A DNA stretch of 64,000 nucleotides from Verrucomicrobiaceae bacterium (GCA_004211885.1 SHBV01000005.1:11391-75390); one strand, 5' to 3'. Positions 48,387-58,998 are shown, counted from the first letter of the stretch. The notes: generated from the sequence alone by a model not told the origin. Program-made: numbers and translations.

Positions 48387-49244
48387 ATGAGGGTCATTGT
48401 CATAGGTGTTGGATTTGTAGGCAAGCCGCTTTCTGATCTTATGGAAGAGAATGGCCATGATGTGGTTCGGGTGACTAGAAATGAGACTGGCAGTTCAACG
48501 GCATGTGATGTTTCTAATCTCGAATCTTTAAATTTATTAAGAGAGAAAAAAGGGGAAGCGGACATTGTGATTCATTGTGCCAGTTCGGGGGGCAGAGGAA
48601 CGGACCGTAGGATCCGTTATCAGAAAGTATATATTGATGGCTGTCATAATATTATAGAGGCCTTTCCAAATTCTCGTTATATATTTGTTAGCAGCTCAAG
48701 CGTGTATGGTCAGAGGGACGGTTCAGTAGTGGACGAGACATCAATTACTGAACCTATTTCCGTGACCAGCCAATTACTTCTTGAAGCGGAAAATATCACC
48801 TCTGATTTTGGAGGGTCTGTTGCTCGGTTAGCAGGGATCTATGGCCCTGGAAGGTCTTACCTATTGAAGAGATACATTGAAGGAAGTGCTCAAATTGACG
48901 GGAACAGATCTGAATCAAATGGTCGTTGGATAAATCAGATTCACAGAGATGATGCAGCTAGTGCATTAGCTCATATGGTTGAGAGACCTGAGATGGATGG
49001 AATTTTCAATATTTGTGATGATGGGCCAATGCTCCAGAGGACTTGTTATGAAGAATTAGATCGCCGTTTCAAAAATGGAATACCGGAAGTTAAACCAGCC
49101 ATTGAGGGTAGGGCACGGGGCTGGACTCATAAGAGGGTTTCTAATATTAAGATTAAGGGGACCGGATGGGTTCCTAAATACCCTTGTTACTTTGACGCTT
49201 TGGACAAAGATAAAGATCTGTTATCTTCTATTATAGGTAATTAA
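48387..49244 (+). CDS. NAD(P)-dependent epimerase/dehydratase-family (SDR) protein
   Basis: It has the Rossmann motif VIVIGVGFVGKPL, followed by SSSSVYG and an YxxxK-like region. Confidence 0.7.
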   Translation: MRVIVIGVGFVGKPLSDLMEENGHDVVRVTRNETGSSTACDVSNLESLNLLREKKGEADIVIHCASSGGRGTDRRIRYQKVYIDGCHNIIEAFPNSRYIFVSSSSVYGQRDGSVVDETSITEPISVTSQLLLEAENITSDFGGSVARLAGIYGPGRSYLLKRYIEGSAQIDGNRSESNGRWINQIHRDDAASALAHMVERPEMDGIFNICDDGPMLQRTCYEELDRRFKNGIPEVKPAIEGRARGWTHKRVSNIKIKGTGWVPKYPCYFDALDKDKDLLSSIIGN

Positions 49245-49267
49245 ACTATACTCTGATTGTATTTATT

Positions 49268-50692
49268 TTAGGCTAGCACAGGCTTAATAACGCTAGCAGG
49301 TCTTACCCCAGTGAGGCGAAAATCGAGTCCTTGGAATTTATGAGTGAAACGTTCATGGTTGATGCCAAATAGGTGCAATAGCGTTGCGTGCAGGTCTCTC
49401 ACATTAACTATGTCCTTAACAGAATTATATCCGAGCTCATCGGTACTTCCGTGGCTCACGCCTCCTTTGATGCCTCCACCTGCCATCCATAGGGAGAATC
49501 CCTTGATATGGTGATCCCTTCCGTTCCCTTGTGCCATTGGTGTTCGCCCGAATTCTCCTCCCCAGATCACGAGTGTATCCTCTAACATTCCTCTTTCCTT
49601 GAGATCCTGAATCAATGCAGCACTGCCTCGGTCAACGAGGCCTGCTGTGTTTTTTGAAGCGTTCTTAATGCCTCCGTGATGGTCCCATCCGCGATGATAT
49701 AATTGGATAAAACGGACCCCTCGTTCGGCCAAGCGTCTAGCAAGGAGACAGTTTGAGGCGAATGATCCATCTCCTGGCTTGGCTCCGTATAGGTCAAGAA
49801 TCCTCTGAGGTTCTTTCGAAACGTCCATTAGCCCAGGAACTGATGCCTGCATTTTAAAAGCCAGTTCGTATTGTGCTATTCGAGCTGAAATTTCTGGATC
49901 ATCGACCTGATCATTATGGATTCCATTCAGTGCGTTCACTGAGTTGACGACGGACTGTTGATCTTCTCGAGTCACTCCTTTTGGGTTGGTAACGTACAGT
50001 ACCGGATCTCCCTTAGCGTGAAAAGGGACACCTTGAAAACGGCTAGGCAAGAACCCGCTGTGCCATTGCCTAGCGGCGATGGGTTGGTTCTGTCCGCCCC
50101 CGACAGATGTTAGAACCACATAGCCTGGAAGATTTTCAGTCTCTGCTCCTAGCCCATAGAGTAACCATGAACCCATTGAAGGGCGGCCGGAGATTTGAGT
50201 TCCGGTATTCATGAACGTGTGCGCTGGGTCATGATTAATTTGCTCGGTGACCATGGAACGTATGATCGCGATTTCATCTGCTACACCACCTATTTGAGGA
50301 AAGATGGAGGAGATGTGTTGGCCTGATTTTCCGAAGTTTTTAAACTCGTGTTGAGGGCCAAGGCATGTCAGGTTTTTGTTTCCTTGTAATTGAGCAATGG
50401 GTTGTCCTTTAGTGAAGGATTCAGGCATTGGTTTGCCATTCATCTTAGCCAGTTCAGGTTTGTAATCGAGTGTCTCAAGGTGAGATGGACCACCTGCCAT
50501 GCAGAGGTGGATGACGCGTTTGGCCTTTGCCGGATAGTCCAGTTTATTAATGACGCCGGTCCATTTTTCATCTGGGCTGGGAGCAGCTTTGAGTTCATCA
50601 TTGAGTAAGGATGCGAGTGCGACGGAGCCAATTCCTGTACCGGATCGGTTCAGGAAAGAGCGTCGGTTCATCTGAAAATCATAAGGTCTCAT
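49268..50692 (-). CDS. DUF1501 (sulfatase-fold) protein with Tat signal
   Basis: The Tat-type signal is NRRSFLNRSGTGIGSVALASL, and the motifs GRDHH and WGGEFGRTP are present. It lies directly downstream of a DUF1553-family gene, which is the usual pairing. Confidence 0.85.
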   Translation of the reverse strand: MRPYDFQMNRRSFLNRSGTGIGSVALASLLNDELKAAPSPDEKWTGVINKLDYPAKAKRVIHLCMAGGPSHLETLDYKPELAKMNGKPMPESFTKGQPIAQLQGNKNLTCLGPQHEFKNFGKSGQHISSIFPQIGGVADEIAIIRSMVTEQINHDPAHTFMNTGTQISGRPSMGSWLLYGLGAETENLPGYVVLTSVGGGQNQPIAARQWHSGFLPSRFQGVPFHAKGDPVLYVTNPKGVTREDQQSVVNSVNALNGIHNDQVDDPEISARIAQYELAFKMQASVPGLMDVSKEPQRILDLYGAKPGDGSFASNCLLARRLAERGVRFIQLYHRGWDHHGGIKNASKNTAGLVDRGSAALIQDLKERGMLEDTLVIWGGEFGRTPMAQGNGRDHHIKGFSLWMAGGGIKGGVSHGSTDELGYNSVKDIVNVRDLHATLLHLFGINHERFTHKFQGLDFRLTGVRPASVIKPVLA

Positions 50693-50693
50693 T

Positions 50694-53615
50694 TTAGTGT
50701 CTTGTGATAGTTTCGTGTAAGTTCAAAATGGTCCGGGCAACAGTTGTCCAACTAGCCAATTCTGCAGCGGGAATTTCTTTCGGAGGAACCTTGATTCCGA
50801 CCGAGTTGAGTTCGTTAGCCGCGGTGGCATCAGCAGTGTAACGGGTTAATTGTTTTGCTTGAAGTTCGCTAAGTATTTTTAATTCCTTTTCATTTCCTTG
50901 CCTAGACAGGGCAGTTCTGAGAGCCCAGTTAATGCGTGATTTGGAATCTTTGCCTCCTTCTCTGATTATTCTTTCGGCAAAGGATCGTGCTGCTTCCACG
51001 TAAGTAATGTCATTTAGCAGTACGAGTGCCTGTAATGGAGTATTAGAACGGGGCCTCTCTGCAGTACACTCTTCCCGGTTAGGTGCGTCAAAGGCCAATA
51101 GACTAGGATGAAGGAAACTCCTTTGCCAGTGAGTATAGAGGCCACGCCGGTACTGGTTCTCATTGTTATCGTGGGCATATTTACGTGCTGGGAAATTCAT
51201 ATGGCGCCAGTAACCTGCAGGTTGATATGGTTTCGCACTTCGGCCACCTATCCTCTCAGTGAGTATTCCACCAAAAAAGAGTGCATTATCACGGATCATC
51301 TCAGCATCGACCCTGAAACGTGACTGCCGAGTAAAGAGTAGGTTCAGAGGGTCAATTTCACGCATTTGTGGAGAAACGAGTGAGGACTGAGAATAGGCTT
51401 TGGAGCTTACAATTAATTTAATTATGTGTTGTATGTTCCAATCGCTCTCAACAAATTCGACAGCTAGCCAGTCCAATAATTTGGGGTGACTCGGCCATTG
51501 GCCTTGAGATCCCAGATCATCAACGTTGCTTGAAATTCCTAATCCAAAGAAAATTTTCCAAAGACGGTTCACAAAGGCTCTAGAAGTGAGGGGATTATTT
51601 GGTGAAACGATCCAGTTAGCCAAATCTAACCGGTCTGCGCGTTTGTCACCTGTTTCAATTTTTCCAAGGAACTCTGGTATTGCTGGCTGGACGATTTGAC
51701 CTGAATCATCTAACCAATCTCCACGAGGAAGGACTCTCATGTCACGTGGTTTCATGGAAACGCTGACCAGTGTTTTTGGAAGGTTCTTCTGCAGTTCTCC
51801 CTTCTCTTTTCGCAGGTTTGAGATTTGTGAACGGGTCTGAGCCAGTGCTGGGGAAATGGTCAGATAATAATCAGATATTTCTTTTTTCTGTGCATCATTC
51901 CTTTCGCTAATATCTGCGCTTAGTGCTTTTGCAATGTTGGGAGGAAGATCATTTCCTTTTGCTTTGAAATAAAACCCTCCTCCGCTTCCATGATTAACAA
52001 TTTTCATAAGGAACTGATTGTTTCCTTCTTTTAACTCAAGGGTGATTTTTTCCTGATCAGGAGCAGCTCCCCTGCTAGCATTGTTTTTGAGGAGTTCCTT
52101 ACCGTTTAACCATACCTTGATTCCGTCATCTGATCCCAGAGACAGGGGCAGTTGAGTGGCCTGAGGAGCCTTAATGAGTCTGTAGAGGTACCAGGCTGAA
52201 TTGGCGGCAGATCCCAGACTGTGAACTTTTCCATCAGCAAGGTCAGGCCGGTCTTGCCATTTTTTTCCATCAATGGTGGCTTTAGGATCGATTCCTTTTT
52301 CAGGGCCAAACTCTTTATTGAAGGCGTTATTGGGATCTCCCCCAGCGATCGGCCCTATCATGTGCCACTTTGCGAGTAGAGGTTTAGTCGATGAGCTAAC
52401 AGATTTTTCCCATTCAGCCTGAGCTGCATTAGTCTCAGGAGAGGATACGGTCGTTAGTTTAGTCAGCTCCGCAATTCTATTGTCTAGATCTTGAATTCTT
52501 TTTTTGTACTGGCCCGTTGCCACGGCCATTCCTGCTTCCCTCTTCCCCACGGCCGTCTCTTTGATATCTGCAAAGAATGCAGCCATCGAATAAAAGTCCT
52601 TCGTTGTGTAGGGGTCATATTTGTGGTCATGGCACTGAGCACAACCAAGTGTGCCTCCTAGCCAAGCTCCAGAAATGTTTCTGACCCTGTCAGCGGCATA
52701 GATGGCAACATATTCTTTAGGTTGTGCTCCTCCCTCTTCAGTAGTTTGCAGTAATCGATTATAACCTGAAGCAACTTTTTGCTCATCAGTTGAGTTAGGT
52801 AACAAATCTCCGGCGATCTGGTCCTTTGTGAACTGATCAAATCTTTGGTTCTTATTGAAAGCGTTGATGACCCATTCCCGATAAAGGTAAACATTCATGT
52901 TAGTGTCCGAATGGTACCCGATAGAGTCGGCGTACCTTACTAGGTCCAACCAGAAAATGGCCATCCTTTCCCCGTACCTAGGCGATGCCATTAAACGATC
53001 AGTGGCATTTTGTATGGCTAATTGCGGATCCTTCTTGTGTTCGTTTTGGAAAATATTTACCTCTTCAGGTGTCGGAGCAATGCCGGTCAAATCGAGAGAT
53101 AGTCTACGAATTAATGTATGAGCCTCTGCAGGACCAGAGAGCTTTAGCTCTTGAGCCTGAAGTCTATTTTCGATAAAATGGTCTATTGGATTAATTGTAG
53201 GTTCGACTGATTTAGCGGGTTTATTAAATGACCAATGCCCTTCATATTCTGCCCCCTGTTTGACCCATTCCTTGACCAGATTAATTTGCTCAGGGCTGAG
53301 TTTCTTCCCTGATTTTTTCGGGGGCATCAGTTCATCCTCATCATCTGAAATGATCCTCGCAATCAGTTCACTGTTGTCCGGGTCATTGGGTATAATTGCA
53401 ACTACACCATCTCGGTCTTCAAACGCTCCTCCTCCTTTGATATCAAGGCGCAGTTTTGCTTTGCGTTCATGTTCGTCGGGTCCATGACACGCAAAACAGT
53501 TATCAGAGAGTAATGGGCGAATGTCCCTGTTGAATAATATTTTATCTTTGGCAAAAAGTGCATTGTTGCCTGAAATAGTCGAAAGAAGGATGAAGAGTGC
53601 GGTTAATCTTTTCAT
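50694..53615 (-). CDS. Planctomycete-type cytochrome c (PSCyt) + DUF1549 + DUF1553 protein
   Basis: It has the haem-binding motif CFACHGPDE...KLRLD, followed by long DUF1549 and DUF1553-like regions (CAQCHDHKYDP). The start was set at ATG 53615 (MKRLTALFILLSTISG signal). Confidence 0.85.
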   Translation of the reverse strand: MKRLTALFILLSTISGNNALFAKDKILFNRDIRPLLSDNCFACHGPDEHERKAKLRLDIKGGGAFEDRDGVVAIIPNDPDNSELIARIISDDEDELMPPKKSGKKLSPEQINLVKEWVKQGAEYEGHWSFNKPAKSVEPTINPIDHFIENRLQAQELKLSGPAEAHTLIRRLSLDLTGIAPTPEEVNIFQNEHKKDPQLAIQNATDRLMASPRYGERMAIFWLDLVRYADSIGYHSDTNMNVYLYREWVINAFNKNQRFDQFTKDQIAGDLLPNSTDEQKVASGYNRLLQTTEEGGAQPKEYVAIYAADRVRNISGAWLGGTLGCAQCHDHKYDPYTTKDFYSMAAFFADIKETAVGKREAGMAVATGQYKKRIQDLDNRIAELTKLTTVSSPETNAAQAEWEKSVSSSTKPLLAKWHMIGPIAGGDPNNAFNKEFGPEKGIDPKATIDGKKWQDRPDLADGKVHSLGSAANSAWYLYRLIKAPQATQLPLSLGSDDGIKVWLNGKELLKNNASRGAAPDQEKITLELKEGNNQFLMKIVNHGSGGGFYFKAKGNDLPPNIAKALSADISERNDAQKKEISDYYLTISPALAQTRSQISNLRKEKGELQKNLPKTLVSVSMKPRDMRVLPRGDWLDDSGQIVQPAIPEFLGKIETGDKRADRLDLANWIVSPNNPLTSRAFVNRLWKIFFGLGISSNVDDLGSQGQWPSHPKLLDWLAVEFVESDWNIQHIIKLIVSSKAYSQSSLVSPQMREIDPLNLLFTRQSRFRVDAEMIRDNALFFGGILTERIGGRSAKPYQPAGYWRHMNFPARKYAHDNNENQYRRGLYTHWQRSFLHPSLLAFDAPNREECTAERPRSNTPLQALVLLNDITYVEAARSFAERIIREGGKDSKSRINWALRTALSRQGNEKELKILSELQAKQLTRYTADATAANELNSVGIKVPPKEIPAAELASWTTVARTILNLHETITRH

Positions 53616-53747
53616 TGATTCATTTACCAGTATTTTGAGTGGAAATGAGGATATTTGAATCAAGTTCAAATATCCAAAATGTTCTGTATATTAAACTGCT
53701 TGGGACCAATGATCCTAACAAAAAATTTAACAATTCTATATATTATA

Positions 53748-55130
53748 ATGTTCAGGGAAATACAGAAATCGCTATCGTTAATTCTCTTCTTTTTGATTTT
53801 TTCTCCTTTATTAAAAGCTGAATTGCCTAATTTTATTATTATTTTTACCGATGATCAGGGCTATGAGGACATTGGTTGTTTTGGATCACCGAAGATAAAA
53901 ACCCCTCATCTCGATAGGATGGCCACTGAGGGCCGTAAATTCACTAGTTTTTATTCAGCCAATTCGGTCTGTTCCCCATCGAGAGCAGCTCTGATGACTG
54001 GATCTTACCCGACCAGGGTAAGCGTTCCTGGGGTCTTGTTTCCCCGCCATGAGATTGGGCTCAATCCTGATGAGGTCACGATTGCTGATATACTCAAAGG
54101 AAAAGGATACGCTACAGCATGTATTGGGAAATGGCACATAGGCCATAAGCCGAAATTTCTTCCGACTAACCAAGGCTTTGATTCTTATTTTGGTATTCCT
54201 TATAGCAACGATATGACGATAGATCCGGAAGCTTCGCTCGCTGATAATGTTAATTTGCGTGATGGTTTCACTAAGGAAAGGATTAAAAAAGAAAAACCTA
54301 AGAAAAATTTGGTTCCGCTCATGAGGAATGAAAAAGTGATTGAGTACCCTTGTGATCAAACGACTCTGACGAAACGGTACACTGAAGAAGCTATTAAATT
54401 TATTTCTGAGAATAAGGATTCCCCGTTCTTTCTTTACCTTCCGCATACGATGCCACACATACCACTATTTGCTTCTGAGCAGTTCAAGGGCAAGAGTGAG
54501 CGTGGACTATATGGTGACACGATCGAGGAAATTGATTGGTCAGTTGGTCAGATCCTTAAAACAATTAAGGAACAAAAAATCGATCAAAGGACTCTAGTCA
54601 TTTACACTTCGGACAATGGCCCTTGGAAACTTAACCGTGGACGTGGTGGTAGTGCTTATCCTTTGAGAGGGTTTAAGTTCCAAACGTATGAAGGAGGAAT
54701 GCGAGTGCCTTGCATAATGCGTTGGCCTGGTAAGGTTCCGAAAGGAACGAGTTGTGATGAGGTAGCAGCGTCCATTGACTTGATGCCAACCATTGCAAAG
54801 CTAGTAGGCGCTGATCTCATGAAGGATAGAAAAATTGATGGGAAGAATATATGGCCTCTCATTTCCGGCATTGAAGGAGCAGTCTCTCCTCATGAAATTT
54901 ACTATTATTATAAGGGGAATCGTCTAGAGTCTGCGCGGCAGGGAAAGTGGAAGATTCGCAGGTCAGGAAAGAAATCTCAGGCAGTAGAACTGTATGATCT
55001 TGATTCTGACATTTCTGAAACGAAGAACCTTGCCAAAGAAAATGAGCCGCTTGTTCAGGACATGATCAAGAAGATGAATCTCTTTGATGAGGATCTGAAG
55101 AAGTCTCAGAGGCCGGTAGGAAAGCTCTAA
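53748..55130 (+). CDS. Arylsulfatase (formylglycine-dependent)
   Basis: It has a signal peptide, the motif NFIIIFTDDQG, the FGly motif CSPSRAALMTG, and GKWHIG. The start was set at ATG 53748. Confidence 0.9.
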   Translation: MFREIQKSLSLILFFLIFSPLLKAELPNFIIIFTDDQGYEDIGCFGSPKIKTPHLDRMATEGRKFTSFYSANSVCSPSRAALMTGSYPTRVSVPGVLFPRHEIGLNPDEVTIADILKGKGYATACIGKWHIGHKPKFLPTNQGFDSYFGIPYSNDMTIDPEASLADNVNLRDGFTKERIKKEKPKKNLVPLMRNEKVIEYPCDQTTLTKRYTEEAIKFISENKDSPFFLYLPHTMPHIPLFASEQFKGKSERGLYGDTIEEIDWSVGQILKTIKEQKIDQRTLVIYTSDNGPWKLNRGRGGSAYPLRGFKFQTYEGGMRVPCIMRWPGKVPKGTSCDEVAASIDLMPTIAKLVGADLMKDRKIDGKNIWPLISGIEGAVSPHEIYYYYKGNRLESARQGKWKIRRSGKKSQAVELYDLDSDISETKNLAKENEPLVQDMIKKMNLFDEDLKKSQRPVGKL

Positions 55131-55672
55131 TTACAAAGCATTTTTGTTTTGTGGACCATTCTTAGGATCGATTCTTCAGAAGTAAATTCTTGGATCTTTT
55201 CCATCTCTACCCAGGCAAGATCATAGGATTCTTCACTGACTTGATAGTTATCGTTATCAGTTGTCCTGAAAAGAAATCTTGTATCGTAGTGAAAATGTTC
55301 AGGAACGTCTGTGCGTGCCGGAATTTTGTGAATGTCTAGGTCCAAGATTTCACTAGAGACAAGTTCGAGCGTTTTGATTCCACTCTCTTCATGTGCTTCA
55401 CGGGCTGCAGCTCTGTGGACGTTAGGGTCTCCGTCAGCATGTCCACCGAGTTGGAGCCATCGGTTCAGTTTTCGGTGATGAGTTAATAGTACTCTCTTTC
55501 CTGAACGATCCAGAATCCATGCAGCACAGGTGATGTGACCCTCTCCTAGGGAACGTTCAAAGCAACGCGGATTTTTTTTTATAAACGCTTTGTATTGTGA
55601 AATTGTCTGGTTCTCCTCAGGGAATTTTTCGGAGTATTTCCTTATCAGCTCAAGGAGAGGATCCCTATGCAT
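55127..55672 (-). CDS. NUDIX hydrolase
   Basis: The Nudix box is GGHADGDPNVHRAAAREAHEESG. Its stop codon overlaps the sulfatase stop codon (convergent genes). Confidence 0.8.
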   Translation of the reverse strand: MHRDPLLELIRKYSEKFPEENQTISQYKAFIKKNPRCFERSLGEGHITCAAWILDRSGKRVLLTHHRKLNRWLQLGGHADGDPNVHRAAAREAHEESGIKTLELVSSEILDLDIHKIPARTDVPEHFHYDTRFLFRTTDNDNYQVSEESYDLAWVEMEKIQEFTSEESILRMVHKTKMLCN

Positions 55673-55687
55673 TTTCAGGGATATATT

Positions 55688-56008
55688 CTATTCTTTTATC
55701 GTCCAGCAAACGAACGTATCGGCTGTCTGGGCTGACATTGATTCAACAAATATATCTGCATCAAATCCTTCCAGAGTAAAGAGTCGTTCACTCAGTTCGT
55801 CCGCGTTCGTTGCTCCTTCAGGAATCACAATAGTCGAGTTAGGCCCGTGCAGGGCAATGAATGTTGCGGGGAGCGGGTTATCCTCGGTCACAACGATTTC
55901 AACTCTCATCAGATTCTTCCATGAAAGTGAATCCATCGTTCCGTCAGGGCGGTGGCAGCGGACCTCATCATCGTTTACTTCTAGGATGTATTGCTCTTCT
56001 TCTGTCAT
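55688..56008 (-). CDS. Hypothetical 106-aa protein
   Basis: This ORF starts 16 nt upstream of the NUDIX gene on the same strand. I recognised no motif. Confidence 0.4.
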   Translation of the reverse strand: MTEEEQYILEVNDDEVRCHRPDGTMDSLSWKNLMRVEIVVTEDNPLPATFIALHGPNSTIVIPEGATNADELSERLFTLEGFDADIFVESMSAQTADTFVCWTIKE

Positions 56009-56161
56009 GGGGATCGCAGTATCGTTCTGACTGATGCTCTAGGCAAGTCCGAGACGGGTTTTTTGAAGGGTTTCTAGTTTTTACATATCTTTTTTAGGAA
56101 TAATATTTTCTTGTGAGGAATTCTATGGAGACTTAATATTCTATCCACCCTAGTAAAAATT

Positions 56162-57583
56162 ATGAACGCATCAAAAATAATTGGTATTTGTTCCGCATTC
56201 GTTGGTCTTATTGTTATCTTTTTTCAGTTTTCCCAGAACTCTAAGCTCAAGAAAGACCTTAAAAATTTTGAGGTTAAATTCAAGGCTTCTGGGGCCAATG
56301 GGATGAGTTTATCCTCAGACTTCCAAGTTGGATTATCTGATAAAGGAAGTTCTGTGCGTGAAGGTGCTGATAAGACAGGAACAGGGAAAAAGATTCCCAT
56401 TGCGATCGGGTCAGTGAAAGAAATTTTAGCAGATCCTGATCCGCTGAATCGAGTCCAGAGACTAATGTCCTACGTCAATGGACTCAGTCCAAAGGAAATG
56501 CCGGAAGCTTTAATTGCCCTCCAAGAAAGTGCACCGCAGTGGGATCCACATATGAAGATGGCAGTGGGCCTTTTATTGACACGCTGGGCCACGGCTGATT
56601 CTGATGCGGCGTTTGCACATGTTGAGCAGATGAAGAACAAGGACCAGGCGAGAGATGCCACTTTTTCCATTTTGCGTGCGCTCTCTTCTCAGGATCCACA
56701 GAAGGCACTTGAATGGATGTCGGGTCAGGGGAATGACATGGCAAAGAATAGTTGGATGGGACACGCACTTGCTGGGACTATCGCCTCTGAGTGGGTCCGC
56801 CAAGACCCGGAGGCTGCGCTTGCTTGGGCTAACGCCTTGCCAGATAATCAGCGTCAGGGAGCTCTCGGGGGAGCCTTAGAAACTATTGCCGCTTCTAATC
56901 CTCTTGAAGCTGCGCAAAGACTCCTTGAACTTGATCCGGGAGAGGCACGGGAAAAGGCCGCAGGAAATATTGCCAACCTGTGGGCGAAAAGAGCCCCGCA
57001 AGAGGCCATGGAATGGGCCATGACTCTTGAGGGTGACGATAGGGAATCAGCCATGAGTAGAGCCTTAGGAGGCTGGGCTTCAGTTGAGCCTGAAGAAGCG
57101 GCATCCTTCATTAATGATATTCCAGCAGAGGAGAGAACTGATAGCCAAGTACGTGAAGTGGGTCGTCGATGGGCAAGTCAGGAACCTTCCAAAGCAGCTC
57201 AGTGGCTAACCGATCAGCCGGAAAGTCGTGGGAGGACAGATGCGGTCGGGTATGCAATGTGGCACTGGACAAATGAGGATCCTGGAGGTGCTGCCGACTG
57301 GATCTTAGAGCAGCCACGAGGTGATTTTCGTGACAATGGAATTGCTTCAATTGCCAAGGCCACTTTCGAAGAGGATCCGTCCTCGGCAGTGACATGGGCA
57401 GCGACCATTGATAATGAGAAACAAAGAGAAGGATCCATTGAGAGGGGCGTACGCGAATGGGCAAAGAGAGAGCCAGAACAGGCTAGGGAATGGGTCCAGC
57501 AAAATAGCAATGCTCTTAGTCCTGAACAGGCAACAAGATTATTAGAGATTCAGAGCGAGAGCGGGCAGGACCAAAAAAGATAA
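56162..57583 (+). CDS. Membrane-anchored helical-repeat protein (~9-10 copies of a ~36-aa W-x3-[DE]P-x2-A-x2-W unit)
   Basis: An N-terminal TM helix is followed by recurring units: WVRQDPEAALAWANAL, WAKRAPQEAMEWAMTL, WASVEPEEAASFINDI, WASQEPSKAAQWLTDQ, WTNEDPGGAADWILEQ, WAKREPEQAREWVQQN. The gene is visibly more GC-rich than its neighbours. Confidence 0.6.
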   Translation: MNASKIIGICSAFVGLIVIFFQFSQNSKLKKDLKNFEVKFKASGANGMSLSSDFQVGLSDKGSSVREGADKTGTGKKIPIAIGSVKEILADPDPLNRVQRLMSYVNGLSPKEMPEALIALQESAPQWDPHMKMAVGLLLTRWATADSDAAFAHVEQMKNKDQARDATFSILRALSSQDPQKALEWMSGQGNDMAKNSWMGHALAGTIASEWVRQDPEAALAWANALPDNQRQGALGGALETIAASNPLEAAQRLLELDPGEAREKAAGNIANLWAKRAPQEAMEWAMTLEGDDRESAMSRALGGWASVEPEEAASFINDIPAEERTDSQVREVGRRWASQEPSKAAQWLTDQPESRGRTDAVGYAMWHWTNEDPGGAADWILEQPRGDFRDNGIASIAKATFEEDPSSAVTWAATIDNEKQREGSIERGVREWAKREPEQAREWVQQNSNALSPEQATRLLEIQSESGQDQKR

Positions 57584-57662
57584 CTCTGCCTCTATTTTTT
57601 ATTTTAATTGGATTTCTTCATTCTTAGTTGATTAGAAAGGATTGTCTTTTTAATTAGCTGAA

Positions 57663-57881
57663 ATGATTTTTTATTTAAAATATTTCAGCGCTATTACAAT
57701 TGTTTGTGCCATTATTCTTCACGCCTTTAACTTTCATCCCTGGAACGTCATGGTTCACCTAGTTGGAGCCTGTACTTGGACAGTTGTAGGATTTGCGTGG
57801 AAAGAAAAGAGCATACTGCTTAATTTCTTCCCACAGGTTTTTATTCTAGGAGCTGGGCTAATTTGGGAGTTTTTAATTTAA
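57663..57881 (+). CDS. Small (72-aa) hydrophobic protein, 2-3 TM helices
   Basis: The call rests only on the ORF and its hydrophobicity pattern. Confidence 0.35.
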   Translation: MIFYLKYFSAITIVCAIILHAFNFHPWNVMVHLVGACTWTVVGFAWKEKSILLNFFPQVFILGAGLIWEFLI

Positions 57882-57929
57882 TAATGACAAGTAACTTCGG
57901 TTTCGAATCCATTTCCGTTAGTTTTTCGT

Positions 57930-58991
57930 TTGAAAATTGTGAATGATTCGAAACCAAAATTAGCTATTATCGGTGCCGGTGTTTCTGGTCTCGCCGCAGC
58001 GTGGGCGCTCAAGGACGCTGACTGGGAAGTGTTCGTCTTTGAAAAGAGTCGAGGTCCTTCTGGTAGGGCTGCGACACGTACATTGCACGGGATCAGAGTC
58101 GATCATGGAGCCAATTACTTCAAGATCGATTCGCCTCTCTTAGAGGAATTAGTATTGAGGGAACTACCGAATGAAGGTCTTATTCAGATTCCTGGTAACG
58201 TTTATCTGTTTAACAAAGTGGGAGCCGCATTCAAAGGTGATACGAGAATTAATGAAGAGATTAAATGGAACTACAGGAATGGTATTAGCGAATTAGGCAA
58301 AAGAATTGCCACGGCTTCAGATGCCAAAATTATAAAACAGACACGAATCGTGGGATTGGAGAGAATCTCGGACTCTTCATGGGAAATTATATCAGAGGAG
58401 GGAAGAACTTTTGGTATTTTTGATGCTGTTCTTTTTACTCCTCCCGCGCCTCAAGTTCTTGAATTAATCTCTGAGTCTAAAAATTTGTCGTCATTGAGTG
58501 ATTTAAAGGGACTGCTCGGTGAGAGTGAATTTCACCGACAGTTCTCAATAATGATGGGCTTTGATCAACGCATTGATCGTCCTCCTGATTGTTGTGCAAT
58601 GTTAAATGAGGACCGTCAACATGCTATTTCATGGTTGGGTTTTGAAGATGCAAAGTCTGGACGCATTGATATGGATGCAAGTGTCATTGTTGCACAGATG
58701 TCACCAGATTGGAGTATGTCCTATTACGATTCCTGTGAGGATATAATTTATAAGGAGGGGCTAGTAGAGATCTGCAAGCTCATTGATGTTCCTCAATGCG
58801 GGCCATTATGGAAAAGTAAACAGAGATGGAAATACGCTCACCCCAAGGTTGCACTCGATGTAGATGAAATTGAAGAATGTGCTCCCGAAGGATGGTTCTT
58901 TTGTGGAGATTCGTTCGTTGGTCGGGGCAGAATAGGGGAGGCTATTTTGACAGGTTTTGATGTGGCTAATCGGATTCTTGGAGTAGAATAA
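57930..58991 (+). CDS. FAD/NAD(P)-binding oxidoreductase (amine-oxidase/renalase-like)
   Basis: It has the dinucleotide-binding motif LAIIGAGVSGLAAAWAL...VFEKS.GPSGRA and a C-terminal FCGDSF motif. The start is TTG 57930 or GTG 57939. Confidence 0.7.
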   Translation: MKIVNDSKPKLAIIGAGVSGLAAAWALKDADWEVFVFEKSRGPSGRAATRTLHGIRVDHGANYFKIDSPLLEELVLRELPNEGLIQIPGNVYLFNKVGAAFKGDTRINEEIKWNYRNGISELGKRIATASDAKIIKQTRIVGLERISDSSWEIISEEGRTFGIFDAVLFTPPAPQVLELISESKNLSSLSDLKGLLGESEFHRQFSIMMGFDQRIDRPPDCCAMLNEDRQHAISWLGFEDAKSGRIDMDASVIVAQMSPDWSMSYYDSCEDIIYKEGLVEICKLIDVPQCGPLWKSKQRWKYAHPKVALDVDEIEECAPEGWFFCGDSFVGRGRIGEAILTGFDVANRILGVE

Positions 58992-58998
58992 AATGAAT

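Noticed and set aside
49268-55130. I considered the PSCyt/DUF1553 + DUF1501 + sulfatase cluster as a novel system.
   Set aside because: This pairing is very common in Planctomycetota and Verrucomicrobiota genomes. It is of unknown function but not unusual here. I used it only as a taxonomic hint.
57885-57930. I checked a tRNA-like T-arm string (GGTTTCGAATCC).
   Set aside because: No acceptor stem or anticodon stem can be formed around it, and it lies in an AT-rich promoter region. I found no tRNA in the window.
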